DNA of 64,000 nucleotides from the human T2T-CHM13v2.0 reference genome, Homo sapiens (GCF_009914755.1 NC_060938.1); one strand, 5' to 3'. Positions 1 to 12,707 are shown, numbered from the stretch's first letter. Program-made: numbers and translations. The notes: a model not told the origin generated them from the letters alone.

Positions 1-70
1 CAAGCACCAGTAGGAGATTTGTCAAAGGTTAGGGGCACCTTCACTCAGAATCCTTTCGTGGTTACCAGAA
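1..70 (-). mobile_element. MER4 internal (leader) sequence with primer-binding site
   Basis: Abuts the LTR; the minus strand reads TTC-TGGTAACCACGAAAGGATTC, a PBS-type sequence. Confidence 0.75.
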
Positions 71-514
71 TGTGAACCCCGAATATCTGAGACTGGTGTC
101 AGTTAATTTAGAAAGTTTATTTTGCCAAGGTTGAAGACGTGCGCCTGTCACACAGCCTCAACAGGTCCTGACGATATGTGCTCATGGTGGTCGGGGCACA
201 GTTTGGTTTTGTACATTTTAGGGAGACATGAGACATCAATCAGTATATGTAAGATATATATTGGTTCCCTCTAGAAAGGCAGGACAACTCAAGCAGGGAG
301 AGGGCTTCCAGGTCACAGGTAGGTGAGAGACAAATGGTTGCATTCTTTTGAATTTCTGCTTAGGTTTTCCAGAGGAGGCAAATCAGATTTTTCTCAGTGA
401 GCAGAGGAATGACTTTGAATAGAATGAGAGGCAGGTTTGGCCTAAGCAGTTCCCAGTTTGACTTCCCCTTTAGCTTAGTGATTTGGGGGCCCCAAGATTT
501 ATTTTCCTTTCACA
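71..514 (-). mobile_element. MER4A-type ERV1 LTR (5' LTR)
   Basis: TGTGAAC…TTTCACA termini and MER4 signature 'atacattttagggagacatgagacatcaatc'. Confidence 0.85.
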
Positions 515-808
515 GGAGGAACTCTGACTTTTGAAAAAAAGATCTGTGCTGCTCTCTTATCTACTCACATCATGGCACTCATGAAAAATGCCAACATTTG
601 CGTGATACCCTTGGGAACTAGATATAGCTGCTTGCTGTGAGAGTGACTGGCCAAGGGGCCTGAGGCTCTGATCTCAGAAGTAGCCAAAGACTCAAAGTGT
701 GTCGGCTTGCCTTACCTATTGGAGGCACTCCAGCGGGGAGGTACAGCTTCACAGGATGCATTTATGAAAGAGAACTGAACTTCCAGCTAAAGCAGATAGA
801 TACTTTCA

Positions 809-880
809 GAGAGAGAGGAGAGAGAGAGAGAGAGAGGGAGAGACAGACAGAGACAGAGAGAGAAAGAGAAAGAAAGAAAA
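809..880. repeat. (GA)n / GA-rich microsatellite
   Basis: Direct reading. Confidence 0.9.
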
Positions 881-927
881 GCACGGACAGCTTTCCTGGT
901 TCTGCCCTCCCACTATTAGGTGTAGGG

Positions 928-1141
928 CAGAGTTCCTCAACCTCAGCACTATTGACAGATAATACTTTGTTGTGGAGGACTACCTGTACATAGTAGGATG
1001 TTTAGCAACATCTCTGGCTTCTACCCATTGGATGCTAGAAGCAACACCCAACCTCATTTCCCAGTCGCCACTGCTAAAAGTATCTCCAGACGTTGCCAAA
1101 TGTTCCTGGGGCCCAGAATCATCCCCAGTTGAGAACTGCTG
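928..1141 (-). mobile_element. MER20 (hAT-Charlie) with intact 8-bp TSD GTGTAGGG
   Basis: CAG…CTG termini; TSD at 920-927 and 1142-1149; MER20 internal motifs. Confidence 0.85.
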
Positions 1142-1153
1142 GTGTAGGGCAGT

Positions 1154-1336
1154 CAGTGGTTCTCAAACTTGAGCATGCGTTAGAATCCCCAGGAGGGCTT
1201 GTTAAAACAGTGCTGGTTCTCTCCTCCAGCCTCTGATGCACTAATTCTGGGGCGGGATCTGAGATTTTTCATCCTTAACAAGCTCCCAGGTGATGCTAAT
1301 ATGGCTGGTGGATGACCCCGCTTTTGAGAGCCACTA
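1154..1336 (+). mobile_element. MER5A (hAT-Charlie)
   Basis: cagtggttctcaaactt…aacaagctcccaggtgatgct…gagagccact. Confidence 0.8.
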
Positions 1337-1349
1337 ATGTGGAGAAGAA

Positions 1350-1480
1350 ACACTTGAGTTAGAAATCAGGACACTTCAGTTCTAATTCCATCTCTGACTG
1401 TGATTGTGTGACCCTAGGCAAGGTGCTGCGTTTTTCTGTTTCTTTGCTCAAAGTGAGGAGATCAGACTGACTCTTTTCTT
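1350..1480 (+). mobile_element. MIR fragment
   Basis: tgtgtgaccctaggcaag core-like motif. Confidence 0.5.
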
Positions 1481-2683
1481 AGGTCACTTACCATATTAAT
1501 GAAATCTCTGAAACCCTCATGTTCTTGCGTGTAACACAGTGGTTCTCAAGGTTTGGTTCATTCAGTGCCTGTTCTAGTGTCTGAAGGCAACTACTCCTTT
1601 ACCCTTCTTTTTCTTCTGTATTCAGTATTTGCTTTAGGGTCCAAGAAAGAGTTGAATGGCTTGAGAAGGAGGCTTAGAAAATAATCAAATGCCCATTTTT
1701 TTCATGGTAGTATGAATATATCTTTTAAAAAATAACTGCATTTTCAAATGTAGTCAGTCACCTAACAAATCCCAGTGTGGCATTAGCAATCCGTGGGAAG
1801 GTCTTAATCAATTTGTCCTTGTACCTATTAATTTAAATACCATGGTTGTATGTTGGGTGTTGGGGCTTTTTGTAAGAAGGAATATAAGCAACACTGCAAG
1901 ACTCATGAGATGAAATGCAAATAGAACTTTTTGAAACTAAGAAGCAGTGCTATTTTAGATGAGGGAAAAAACACTGCTTTTTACATCTTAGTAGGAAATC
2001 AGAAATAGAGAAGTCCTGATTATCAGAAATGGAATGTGAGAAAGAAAAATTAGCTTTTTGAGGAAACAAAACACGTTTACCTCACGTAAGACTTCTTAGA
2101 TTACAACTCTCTTAGGCATATGTTTGTGCAACTTCTTTATGATTATATCTGCCTTCCCTCTACCTCCTTCTCCAGTGAGAACATGTATTAAATGAAGGTT
2201 TTCATTTTTAGTACTTGTAGATTAGGAAGGGGTTGCATGGTCAAGCATTGGTACCTAGACTCCATACCTTAGGCTCTGAAAACATGGGAACTACTGCTCT
2301 CTTTGAGAACACACCCGTGTGGCCTCATTTCAGATGTGCATATTTATTCCCCTCCTTGATCTCCCTACCTTCAAAATAAAATGTCTTCCATCTTGCCTTG
2401 CCAGTTGGATGCTTGAAATTCCCACAGTGTTCATTCATGTAGTCTTCATTTCTGAAGCCCTCACTGGACTAGTCTCCAGAAATTGCCTTCCTTTCTTGGT
2501 TTCTTGAAAGACATTTTAACATGCTGAAACCTTTGGAATCCATTCATTCTTTCTGTTTTTTTAGTCCATTCAATTTATTTATTTGTTTATTCAATCATTC
2601 CAGTTCCCTAACCTCTGTGGAAAATACAAATGTGAAGAAGACATTCTCAGATTAATTAGATTTCTTTTTTGACTTCGTATTGT

Positions 2684-3420
2684 TGTTGATGAAGAGTCAA
2701 ACTGTAAAATATTTTAGGAGATTTATTCTGTGCCAAATATGGGTGACCATGGCCTATGACACAGTCATGAGAACATGTGCCTAAGGTGGTCACGGTACAG
2801 CTTAGTTTTATATATTTTAGGAAGGCATGAGACATCAATCAAATACATTTAAGAAATACATTGGTTTGATTCAGAAGGCAGGACAACTCAAAGCAGGGGC
2901 TTCCAGGCTGTAGGTAAATTTAAACATTTTCTGGTTGGAAATTGGTTAAGTTTATCTGAAGACCTGGGATTAACGGAAAGGAATGTTCAGGTTAAGATAA
3001 AGGATTGTGGAGACCAAGTTTTATTGTGCAGAGGAAACTCTCAGACTTTAGAGAGAGCACGTTGTAAAATGTTTCTTATCAGACTTAAAAGGGTGCCTGG
3101 CTCTTAGTTGATTGTCTCCTGGATCTGGAAAGGAAGGAAGAAAAACAAAGGGAAAAGAGGGGGTTCTCTATAGAATGCAGATTTTTCCCACAAGAGACTT
3201 TGCAGGGCAATTTCAAGGTATGGCAAGGAAATATATTTTGAGGTAAAACATTTTGATTTTCTTCCTTGTTATGCCAGAGTCACTCAGATTGGAAAGTAAG
3301 TCACGATATACAGGGTTAAAATAAAACCCATCTGATGAGAATTTATGGTTTGTAGGGCGTGACTCCTAGACCCCTTAGGTAGGAATTTGGGCAAGATAAA
3401 AAATCAGAACTTGGTCGTCA
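2684..3420 (-). mobile_element. MER4E/MER4D-type ERV1 solo LTR
   Basis: TGTTGATGAAGAGTCAAAC…GCAAGATAAAAAATCAGA…TCA; shares the MER4 core with 71-514. Confidence 0.8.
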
Positions 3421-3446
3421 TTATTGTGCTAGTTAGTGTGGGTTGG

Positions 3447-3739
3447 TTTTGTTTGTTTGTTTTTTGAGACAGAGTTTTGCTCTTGTTGCCCAGGCAACAA
3501 GATCGTGCAGTGGCACCATCTCACTTCACTGCAGCCTCCACAATTCTCCTACCTCAGCCTCCCAAGTAGCTGGGATTACAGGCATGTGCCACCTCGCCCA
3601 GCTAATTCTTTGTATTTTTAGTAGAGACAGGGTTTCGCCATGTTGGCCAGGCTGGTCTCAAACTCCTGACCTCAGGTGATCCACCCGCCTTGGCCTCCTA
3701 AAATGCTGGGATTACAGGCGTTGAGCCACTGTGCCCAGC
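3447..3739 (-). mobile_element. AluS
   Basis: Antisense Alu with both arms. Confidence 0.9.
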
Positions 3740-4914
3740 AGGTTTTTTGTTTGTTTGTTCGTACCTCTGTAGTGATTTTGGTTTTGACTTCCAAGCATTG
3801 TTATATTGGAAAGAAAAGGGTGACAGGGATGGGTTTGTGAAGATGAGGAAATTACGGTTAATTATGGCAACTGCCTCAGAATAGCCAGACCTCTAGGGAA
3901 TTTACAAAGCCTGTGAATCAAATGTTCCGTTTTTCATCTTTAGGAGATCCAAAAGTGAGGTCGTTGGAGAGAATGCAGAGAGGCACTGAGGACTGGAAGT
4001 TTTGGAACATAGTGCCCTCCTCAACTTTGGATTTCAAGATGATTTGTCCTAAGAAAACTAAGCAATTATTTATGATTGACTTTATTCACTTGAAGATTTT
4101 TATAAAGAACATGTGAATGAGGAAGATACAAAAATGGGCCAGATAGGAGAGAATTTTTTATTAACTAGTTCATTGGAATAGATGATAAGCTATGTTTAGA
4201 TATTTTGAAGATTTTTAGAAATGTTATCTAAAACTTGGAGAAAAGGCAAAAAGATTATTGTGTGCCCTTTCAGTGTCACTCAAAAGCATTTGTTTGGAAA
4301 GTCCACTGAAGGGACATAGAACATTCCTGGAGAAGGTAATTATTTGACTTACTTTTGAATAGAGTTTAGACTCTGTAAAGTTAGATATTAATTTATAGAA
4401 AATTGATGTTACAAATGATTTTTGTCCAGTAGAAATTAAATGATTCCTGTTTTAATAGAAAAGATAACCTCAAAGATTATGGTTTCATTGCTCTGAAATG
4501 AAACATTAACCAGTTTTATATCTAACTTTGCAAGATTAATCAGCCTTTGACACATATATACTAAATATTTTTATGAGAGCTGTGTTTTTAGCTTTTTGAA
4601 AATTAGACTTCGACATAATGAGTACATATTGAGCATATAAGAATATTGAGCATATAAGCATCTTGGATGGCTTAGACTATTGCCCAAGAGTAAAGTTTTG
4701 ACTAAATTGACTATGATACTCTGTCAGCCCTGCATTCCTGTACTTGTGGGTGTTTATCTATATTCTCTTGGTCACGTGGATAGTAAGTTGCTCTTAAGGA
4801 TAATCTAATTATATGGCCTGGATGAAGACTTAAAATTCCTGCCTTATCAAGATCTCAAATGACACAAAGTGCAAAGGGATAATTTCTTTTGTTGTTGTTA
4901 ATAGTACTACTGTT

Positions 4915-5125
4915 GACTTGTATAGCACTTAAAATTTACGAAAGATTGGCACACCTGTTATTATATTTGATCCTCAGGATTTCTGTGTGAGGAAGCAGGA
5001 TAGGAATTATTATTTACAACTTACAGGTGAGTAAACTGAGATGCTGACAGATAAAGTGTTTTGCCAAAGGACACTCAGCTGTTAAGGAATGGAGCTGGGA
5101 CCACAGCCCAGCTATTCACTCTCCA
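4915..5125 (-). mobile_element. MIR
   Basis: ttacaggtgagtaaactgag…gccaaaggacactcagct. Confidence 0.65.
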
Positions 5126-6089
5126 GGTACATTCAGCAACTTCATAATGGAGCCAGGGTTCAAAAGGGACATTGATAAGAACAGTGAATTGAAGTGGAAA
5201 AAAATCTAGTAACACTAAAGGAATAAATAGAAAATCCTATACCCCAGCTTCATATACTTGGTATTGATTTACCATTGCTAACTATCATTTCAGCTTTTTT
5301 AGGTTATGGGGTCTGTTTCTAACTGTTGGAAAGGCCTGAAGTGCGTCTGAATCTTCTTTGACCTCTTCTCCCGCCTCGGGTGTAACAGTGCTGGTCACAT
5401 GGCAGGTGCTCAGTATATATTTCTTTATTGAATGTATGTATTTGCTTTACATGATTTTATCTTCTTGATTATTCCTTTCTTCCTGGAAATACCTTCTTAA
5501 TTAGCAAATTTCAGTAAATCAGGGTGACACTGGAGCAGCTGCACTTGCTTATTCAAAAGGGTAATCTGCCCTATTATTTGATGTTTGTACTGGAAAGAGG
5601 ACTGCTGACTTAATCTAATTTCATCTTTTTATTAAATCTCTCTAAGTCCACAAACCATTGATTAATTAACTCAACAGATGAACAATTCTGTGTGCCAGGC
5701 CTGGGGAAAGAATGGTAAGGATGAGGCAAGGGCCCCCCTTTCATGGAGTTGACACTTCCTTTGGCTTATGGTCCTGGTGGTGGTTTTACTTTTTCTCTTG
5801 AGATGTTTTTGATCTTGGCTCTGTTTCATTAGTAATCTGAGAGCCACATGAAACAATTGAGTTGTGAGAAAAACCGTCTCTAAGACTTACAATGTATGAC
5901 TAAGAATTGCTGTGCCTTGTGAAAGATTAGGACTAAAACCAAGGTCAGTGCTAGTGGACTCCCCACAATTTCAAAATGGGATAATTTGAGGATAGTGGCC
6001 CAGAATTGTAATGGCTTCCTTTTGAAGCTGTATTTGCATACCAAGCATGCTGTTATTACTTAGATTGTGTGTGTATTTCTTGTCTGATG

Positions 6090-6235
6090 GAGGTTGTGGG
6101 GAGTTAAACCCCTCAGGCCTCACCTTCTAGCCATTCTAGTTCCATCCCCAGGGACTGTCTTTGAGGTTGTGGGGAGTTAAACCCCTCAGGCCTCACCTTC
6201 TAGCCATTCTAGTTCCATCCCCAGGGACTCTCTTT
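6090..6235. repeat. 73-bp tandem duplication, 2 copies
   Basis: 6090-6162 and 6163-6235 differ at one base. Confidence 0.95.
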
Positions 6236-6409
6236 GACTAGGGTCCCAAGACACGTAATGAACTGAGTTGTTCAGCATAAGACAATGTGTGAACATTTTA
6301 AAAATGGTTATTGATTGTGATAGGAATTCAGGAGTTTTAGAGATCAGTTGAGACTGGTTTTGGTCAGGAGGGCAACTCGATGGGTTTTTGAGGCATATTT
6401 GATAATATT

Positions 6410-6575
6410 AGCTACCATTGATTGTGGTTAATGTGTGTAATGCACATCACAGCATCCCCACAAAATACATGCTGTCTTCCCCATTTTAGGATGAGGAAAC
6501 TGAGACTTAGGCTGGTGAGAATTTGCCCAAGGCTTCTCAGGGAGATAGGAGTAGAACTGGATTCAGAATCAAGTG
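6410..6575 (-). mobile_element. MIR
   Basis: ccattttaggatgaggaaactgag…ttgcccaagg. Confidence 0.7.
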
Positions 6576-6634
6576 GCTTTCCATAGCCACTTGTGGAGAG
6601 AAGGTGGAAGCACTATGGATCCGGGACCGAGGGT

Positions 6635-6750
6635 CCCCTGGCCATTGGAAAGATCTTTGATTGGGCCATGAGAAAAGAATAGTATTTTTAGTCATGTTCA
6701 TAGCTGATTTCCATTTGTGGCTCCTTGTGTTTCATCTCCACACAGCACAG
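6635..6750 (+). repeat. 116-bp dispersed direct repeat, copy A (pairs with 7912-8027)
   Basis: 4 substitutions between the copies. Confidence 0.95.
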
Positions 6751-6917
6751 GTGGAGGTGATATGGTTAGGGTGCGGAGTCAGTGCAGGGCCATGCCGAGG
6801 GGCCAGGTTGGCAAGTTTGAGAGCTGGGTTGAAGCATACAATGGTCAGATTGTGCGGGAGCCAAATGCCAAGTTTGGGGGCTGAGACTATTATGCAGACA
6901 GTAAAAAAGAATGGTAG

Positions 6918-7740
6918 GTTTATTTTTTATATTTTTATGGTTACATAGTAGATATTTCTATTTATAGGGTACATGAGATATTTTGATATAGGCAGATATG
7001 TGTAATAACTAATTACAAATGGGACAAATGGGGTATCCATCACCTCAAACATTTATTATTTCTTTGTGTTGCTGACATTCCAGTTATACTCTTTTAGTTA
7101 TTTTTAAATGTACAATAAATTAGTGTTGACTGTAATCACCCTATTGTGCTATCAGATACTAGCATTTGATTCTTATTCATTCTAACTCTATTTTAATAGA
7201 TAAAATATGATCAGTCCCCTGCCCATTGGTTACCCATGAACATCCCCAACCCTTCCCAGCCTCTGGTAACCATCATTCTACTCTCTATTCTACTCACAAG
7301 TTCGATTGTTTCAATTTTTAGCCCCTATTCTAATTTTTAACTTAAATTTAATTTTTAGCTCTCATTCTTCTCACAAGTTCAATTGTTTTAATTTTTAGCT
7401 CCCAGAAATGAGTGAGAACATGTGAAGTTTGTCTTTCTGTGCTTGGCTTATTTCACTTAACATAATGACCTCCAGTCCATCCATGTTGTTGCAGATGACA
7501 GGACTCATTGTTTTTTATGGTTGAATAGTACTCCACTGTGTATATGTACCACATTTTCTTTATCCAGTCATCTGTTGATGGGTACTTAGGTTGCTTCCAA
7601 ATCTTGGCTATTGTCAACAGTGCTGCAGTAAACATGAGAGTGCAGATATCTCTTCAGTATACTGATTTCCTTTCTTTGGGGTATATATCTAGCAGTGGAA
7701 TTGCTGGATCATATGAACACTTTAGTTTTAGTTTTTGAGT
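6918..7740 (-). mobile_element. L1MA-type 3' end fragment
   Basis: Antisense L1 3'UTR/ORF2 end; ORF 7453-7635(-) [17 protein letters not shown] is the L1 ORF2 C-terminus. Confidence 0.85.
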
Positions 7741-7911
7741 TGTGGGTTTTTTAACTGGCAATTGGTAGGGTTGAAAACTGTGCAGGAAGGGAGTAAGACA
7801 GGCAGGAGATCAGGTAGAGGCTAGAAGGGTCTTAATTAGGGTTGTAGAAGTGAAACCAGGGAGAAATGGGCCTCTGAAGACACTGTTGAATTCCTCTTAT
7901 TACCGCTCAGC

Positions 7912-8027
7912 CCCCTGGCCATTGGAAAGATCCTTGATTGGGCCATGAGAAAAGAATAGTATTTTTAGTCATGATCATAGCTGACTTCCATTTGTGGCTC
8001 CTTCTGTTTCATCTCCACACAGCACAG
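7912..8027 (+). repeat. 116-bp dispersed direct repeat, copy B
   Basis: See 6635-6750. Confidence 0.95.
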
Positions 8028-8776
8028 AAGTGAATGTGCATATTAGTAAATGTTGAAATAGAGTTCTTTTTTTACTTGATTGGCACATTAGATTCTGTTC
8101 AGATGCTCAGTCCTTATTTTGCTTCACGTCCATCATGGCTGTGTGCCCCACAGCCTAAAAAAGTGGCAGAGGAAATGTTGATTGTAAGGTCTCAAGTCCA
8201 CGGGACATCAGGGCCTTAAACTCTCTGTTTATTGGCCTCCAAGTGAACTGTAATGAGATTCAGTACTAACAAATCATAAATTCCTTTTCTTGGACAGTTG
8301 ACCATTTCGTATGAAAAGACATGGGTTGCAAAACGAAGGTACCGGTTAAGCTGAGGACACTTGTTTAAAATATTCTCATTTAGCTTTCCCACATTGTCAG
8401 GAACCCAGGGCCATTTCCTGTTCATGTTTGTGTTTGTATCAGCGTCTCCATGTTTGTTTCTCCGGAGAAGTCCCGGGCAGCTCACATGTCCAGTAACTGC
8501 AGATGAGTGTTCTACCATGGTAGTACCGCTGGGGCTAGGGAGGGTATTCTTAGGAATGACACTAGAAAGAGGAAGTGAATCCAGATTAACTAGGGTGAGT
8601 GTGACAGTTTGTAGCTGGGAGAGCCCCACAGATCATTAGCGCCGGCAGGGACTGCCAGAGTCATTTAGGCCAGTGTGTTCAGGTTGAGCCTGTCCTGGTA
8701 GAGAGAGGGAAGGCCTTGCAGCAGGGACTCTAGGGCCCCTCCACCTTCTTCAGCTGGAACTATTCTACTTTGATCA

Positions 8777-9147
<371 letters not shown>

Positions 9148-9228
9148 TTATTAATTTAAAAATTTAACATCTGGCTATTCTTTCATGGTACAAAGGGAAA
9201 TTAAGTCCCAGAGTAGGAGTGTGCATTA

Positions 9229-9660
<432 letters not shown>

Positions 9661-10559
9661 ACATTATGTGGTCACAGAAGTGCCTTTTTGAGCCCTATTC
9701 CAGACAGGAGTGGAGTTGTCAGGAGTCACGGACCCTCACTTATGTTTCTGTTTCTGACACTTTGGTGTTATCAGTAATCAAGTGGTCGAGGATTTCTAGC
9801 CTTTGAAGCAGACTTGGTTCCCATTTGGACCCCAATGCCATGTCAGCTGAGGTGTCTACCTCTCACTTCCTGGAACAGTTGAGGCACTTTTTTTTAGCCC
9901 TGGCAGGTCTCTTGCTTGGCCATGAAATTTGGGGATTCACCTGGCCAGCTACATAAAATAGCCCAAAAGGGTCAGTGTCCTACCGCCTCTGCAGGGCCAC
10001 AGGCTGCCTGACAGTCTATCAAATAAGTCCTCTTCTGGAGGCAGCCTGAGCTGGTTGGATCATTGGTGTAAGGACACCAGGAGAGCATGTTGGAGTTAGC
10101 TCAGCCGGAATCCATGTCATTACTCTGCTACTTATAGCTGTATGACCCTGGACAAGTTACTTAACCACTTTGGCCTCTGTCTTCTATTAGTAAGTTGGGA
10201 GAATCTCTTAATATTATGTGTAAAATGAGCTTGGTGCTGGGATTTGATTTTTCACCATTTCTACCAACTGTCCTCTACCAGGACCTTATGAATTGCCCTG
10301 AAAGGTGCTGGTTATACCTGCAAAAGGAGAGTCTTGAGTCACTGGTGGAGAGCAGGCACAGAGTCTAGAGGTCCCCACAAAATTAAATGAGCCACCCATT
10401 GAGCAGACAGGATACTTCCAAGGAGTGGTAGTCTCTTCATGAAGAAGAACCACCCAGTCATCAGAGCTGTCCGGTTAGAGATCATCTTGTGAGATAATAA
10501 AGCTGATGAAGATACTTATGTAACTTAATATATTTGATAAAGAACTTTCCAACTCCTAC

Positions 10560-10710
10560 TTTATTGGTTTCTTACAACACTCCTATGAGAGAGGCGTGGG
10601 CAGTATCAATATTATTCTGGTTTTATATAGGGTAAATCCAAGGCCCAGGGAATTTAAGTAGCTTGTCAATGATCACAGAGTAAGGGGCAGATCTGGGACT
10701 TAAAACTGAG
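10560..10710 (-). mobile_element. MIR
   Basis: cttacaacactcctatgaga…gatcacagagtaaggggcagatctggga. Confidence 0.55.
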
Positions 10711-11069
10711 TTATTTAATGACTTGAATATTTTGTTTCCTGTTATTATGATTCTGCCAAGAAGCTGCCATCACCAGAAGGTCTCAGGCAGATGCTGGTCA
10801 TGAATACTGCAGAAGGCATTTCAGATCAGCTTAGGTGATTGCTGTGTGGTTTGGGGGACCACAGGATTCCCCCAGACACCTCCCTCACTCGTCAGTCGGC
10901 CTCGTTTGGCCTTTGTCACTGCATTTCTTTGAGTCAAGACCTGGACTCTCTTGCTTCTCTTCGAGACGGAGATAACTGTATGAAGAGTGATACATTTGTC
11001 CCAGAGCACCTTCGTGCGAATGCATGTACTGGATCACTCTTCTCCCTGATAAAAGCTGAGGCAAAAGAG

Positions 11070-11550
11070 GTTCATTCAGCAAACCTTATGTGAATAATTC
11101 CTTTTTGTCAAGTGCTATGTCAGGCATTGGGAATACAGAAATTAACTTCACACATTCCTGTCCTCAAGGAACTCTTAGATTTGCAGGAGAGGCAAACACA
11201 ATGTTGGATGCCACGCAGGTGGCAGCCAAGAAGAGAGAGCAGTGCGCTGCCCTGTGGGAATCTCAGCCCCTCGGAGAGGGAGCAGTGAGGGAGCAGCACG
11301 TGGGCAGCGGCTCACATTAGGGAGCAGCAAAGAACCTCATCCAGCTGGTCCATGGGCCCGAGAAGGGAGGTCCTGACAGATTTTGGGAACTGTGAATGTC
11401 TAACTGAATTTGAAGGTGTGTGAAGAGTTTTAGTGGAAGAAAGAATTGGAGAAATAAGACTTTGCATGTCATGAAGAGGCGTGAAAGACTTTATTTCTTG
11501 AGCTGTGAGGAGTTAGTAATGCAGGGTTAAACAGAGGCATCAAAATCAGA
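11070..11550 (-). mobile_element. L2 fragment
   Basis: ttcattcagcaaac…caggcattgggaatacag…tcctcaaggaact. Confidence 0.5.
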
Positions 11551-12199
11551 ATTGGTAACTGGTTTTCCTTCTTCCACCCCTTCTCTAAAACTCAGCCAGA
11601 GCAATTTTCCTAAGGCCAGAGGCTGAGTGAGGGGCGCTGAGGGCACACCCAGGCTGCGTGAGCGGGTGAGGGGAAAGGGGCAGCTTCAGGCCACCTTTTC
11701 CAGGTCGATTACAGTTAGTGACTGATGACACTGGGGTCAAGGGAGAGAAAAAACGTCAAGAGTGACTCATACGTTTTTATTTGAGATCTGCCTTGCTTAT
11801 TTCACAAAGAGTTGCAACCCGAATGCTGAAGATTTTCCTTCATGGCGAGTCTCAGAATACAACCTCAGCTCATTTGCCAAATCTTGCCAGCCTGATAAAC
11901 ATTTTTCTTTTGGGGGCTGGCATCTCGTTTCCTCCTTCTTCTCTTCTGAAATGATTATAGCAATTTTTGTACTTCAAGGAATTGGTGAGAACCGGGTACC
12001 TACTATATACTCGATAAATGAATAATCAAATAAATGAGATCACTAATAAGGAGTGACATGTAAGGTCACGCTGGTCATGGTAAAGTGGTGGACATAAAAT
12101 GCGACTTGTGATTCTGAAGCAGCTTATGCATTTGTGCTAAAATAGTGTTTGATAGTGGAATGGTAAAATACAGAATTCTGCAGAATTTTTCAGTACTTA

Positions 12200-12707
12200 C
12201 GTTCACATATAATGTTGGTCATGCCTGAGCTTATAGCAGCAGCAGCCAGAGGAAGATGAGGTAATTAGGCAGATCACAGCGGAACAGGTTGCATTCTCAT
12301 TCCTTTCAGCCTTCTCTCCTCTCTCCCCAACCTGCACAGTTCTGGTAGGGGGTGGGATGTGTTACATGCTTTACCCAGGATCCCAGGCGTGCCCTGGGTT
12401 CGACTTCTTTCTCTAGACTAATCCAGTTCCCAGCCTGGAGCCTAAGCATACACTGCATTAATCAGACTTGCTGGAATGATCACATGGTTTTCTAGCTGCC
12501 TCCCCTGTTAGCTGCCGCTTGTCAGCAGCTGGCGGAGCTGGAGGCTGCAGGCCCCTGTCTGCAGAAAGCCTTTTACTTCAGAATATTGGGGGGTGTGGAA
12601 ACCCCGCCTCATTTTTCTGCACTTTGCACCATCTGACTAACTAAATGGTTGTCCTCCATACCAAAAAGACTACCACACAATCTAAGGAAATTGTCTCTGA
12701 CTAGGTC
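12200..12707 (+). promoter_or_regulatory. EVL: Putative promoter/5'UTR of the MFAFEEF isoform
   Basis: Repeat-free and moderately GC-rich; CAGCTG E-box ~12527, GGGGGTGTGG ~12588, CCCCGCC ~12602, directly upstream of the coding exon. TSS cannot be determined from sequence. Confidence 0.5.

Noticed and set aside
48-67. tRNA gene
   Set aside because: Only the 3' 20 nt including CCA match; this is a retroviral PBS.
697-993. 98-aa ORF with ERER run
   Set aside because: Translation of a (GA)n microsatellite.
6090-6235. CRISPR-like or minisatellite array
   Set aside because: Only two adjacent units, no spacers, eukaryotic context.
6635-8027. Direct repeats read as LTRs or TSDs of a 1.4-kb element
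   Set aside because: No TG…CA ends, PBS or PPT; too long for a TSD; not flush with the L1 boundaries.
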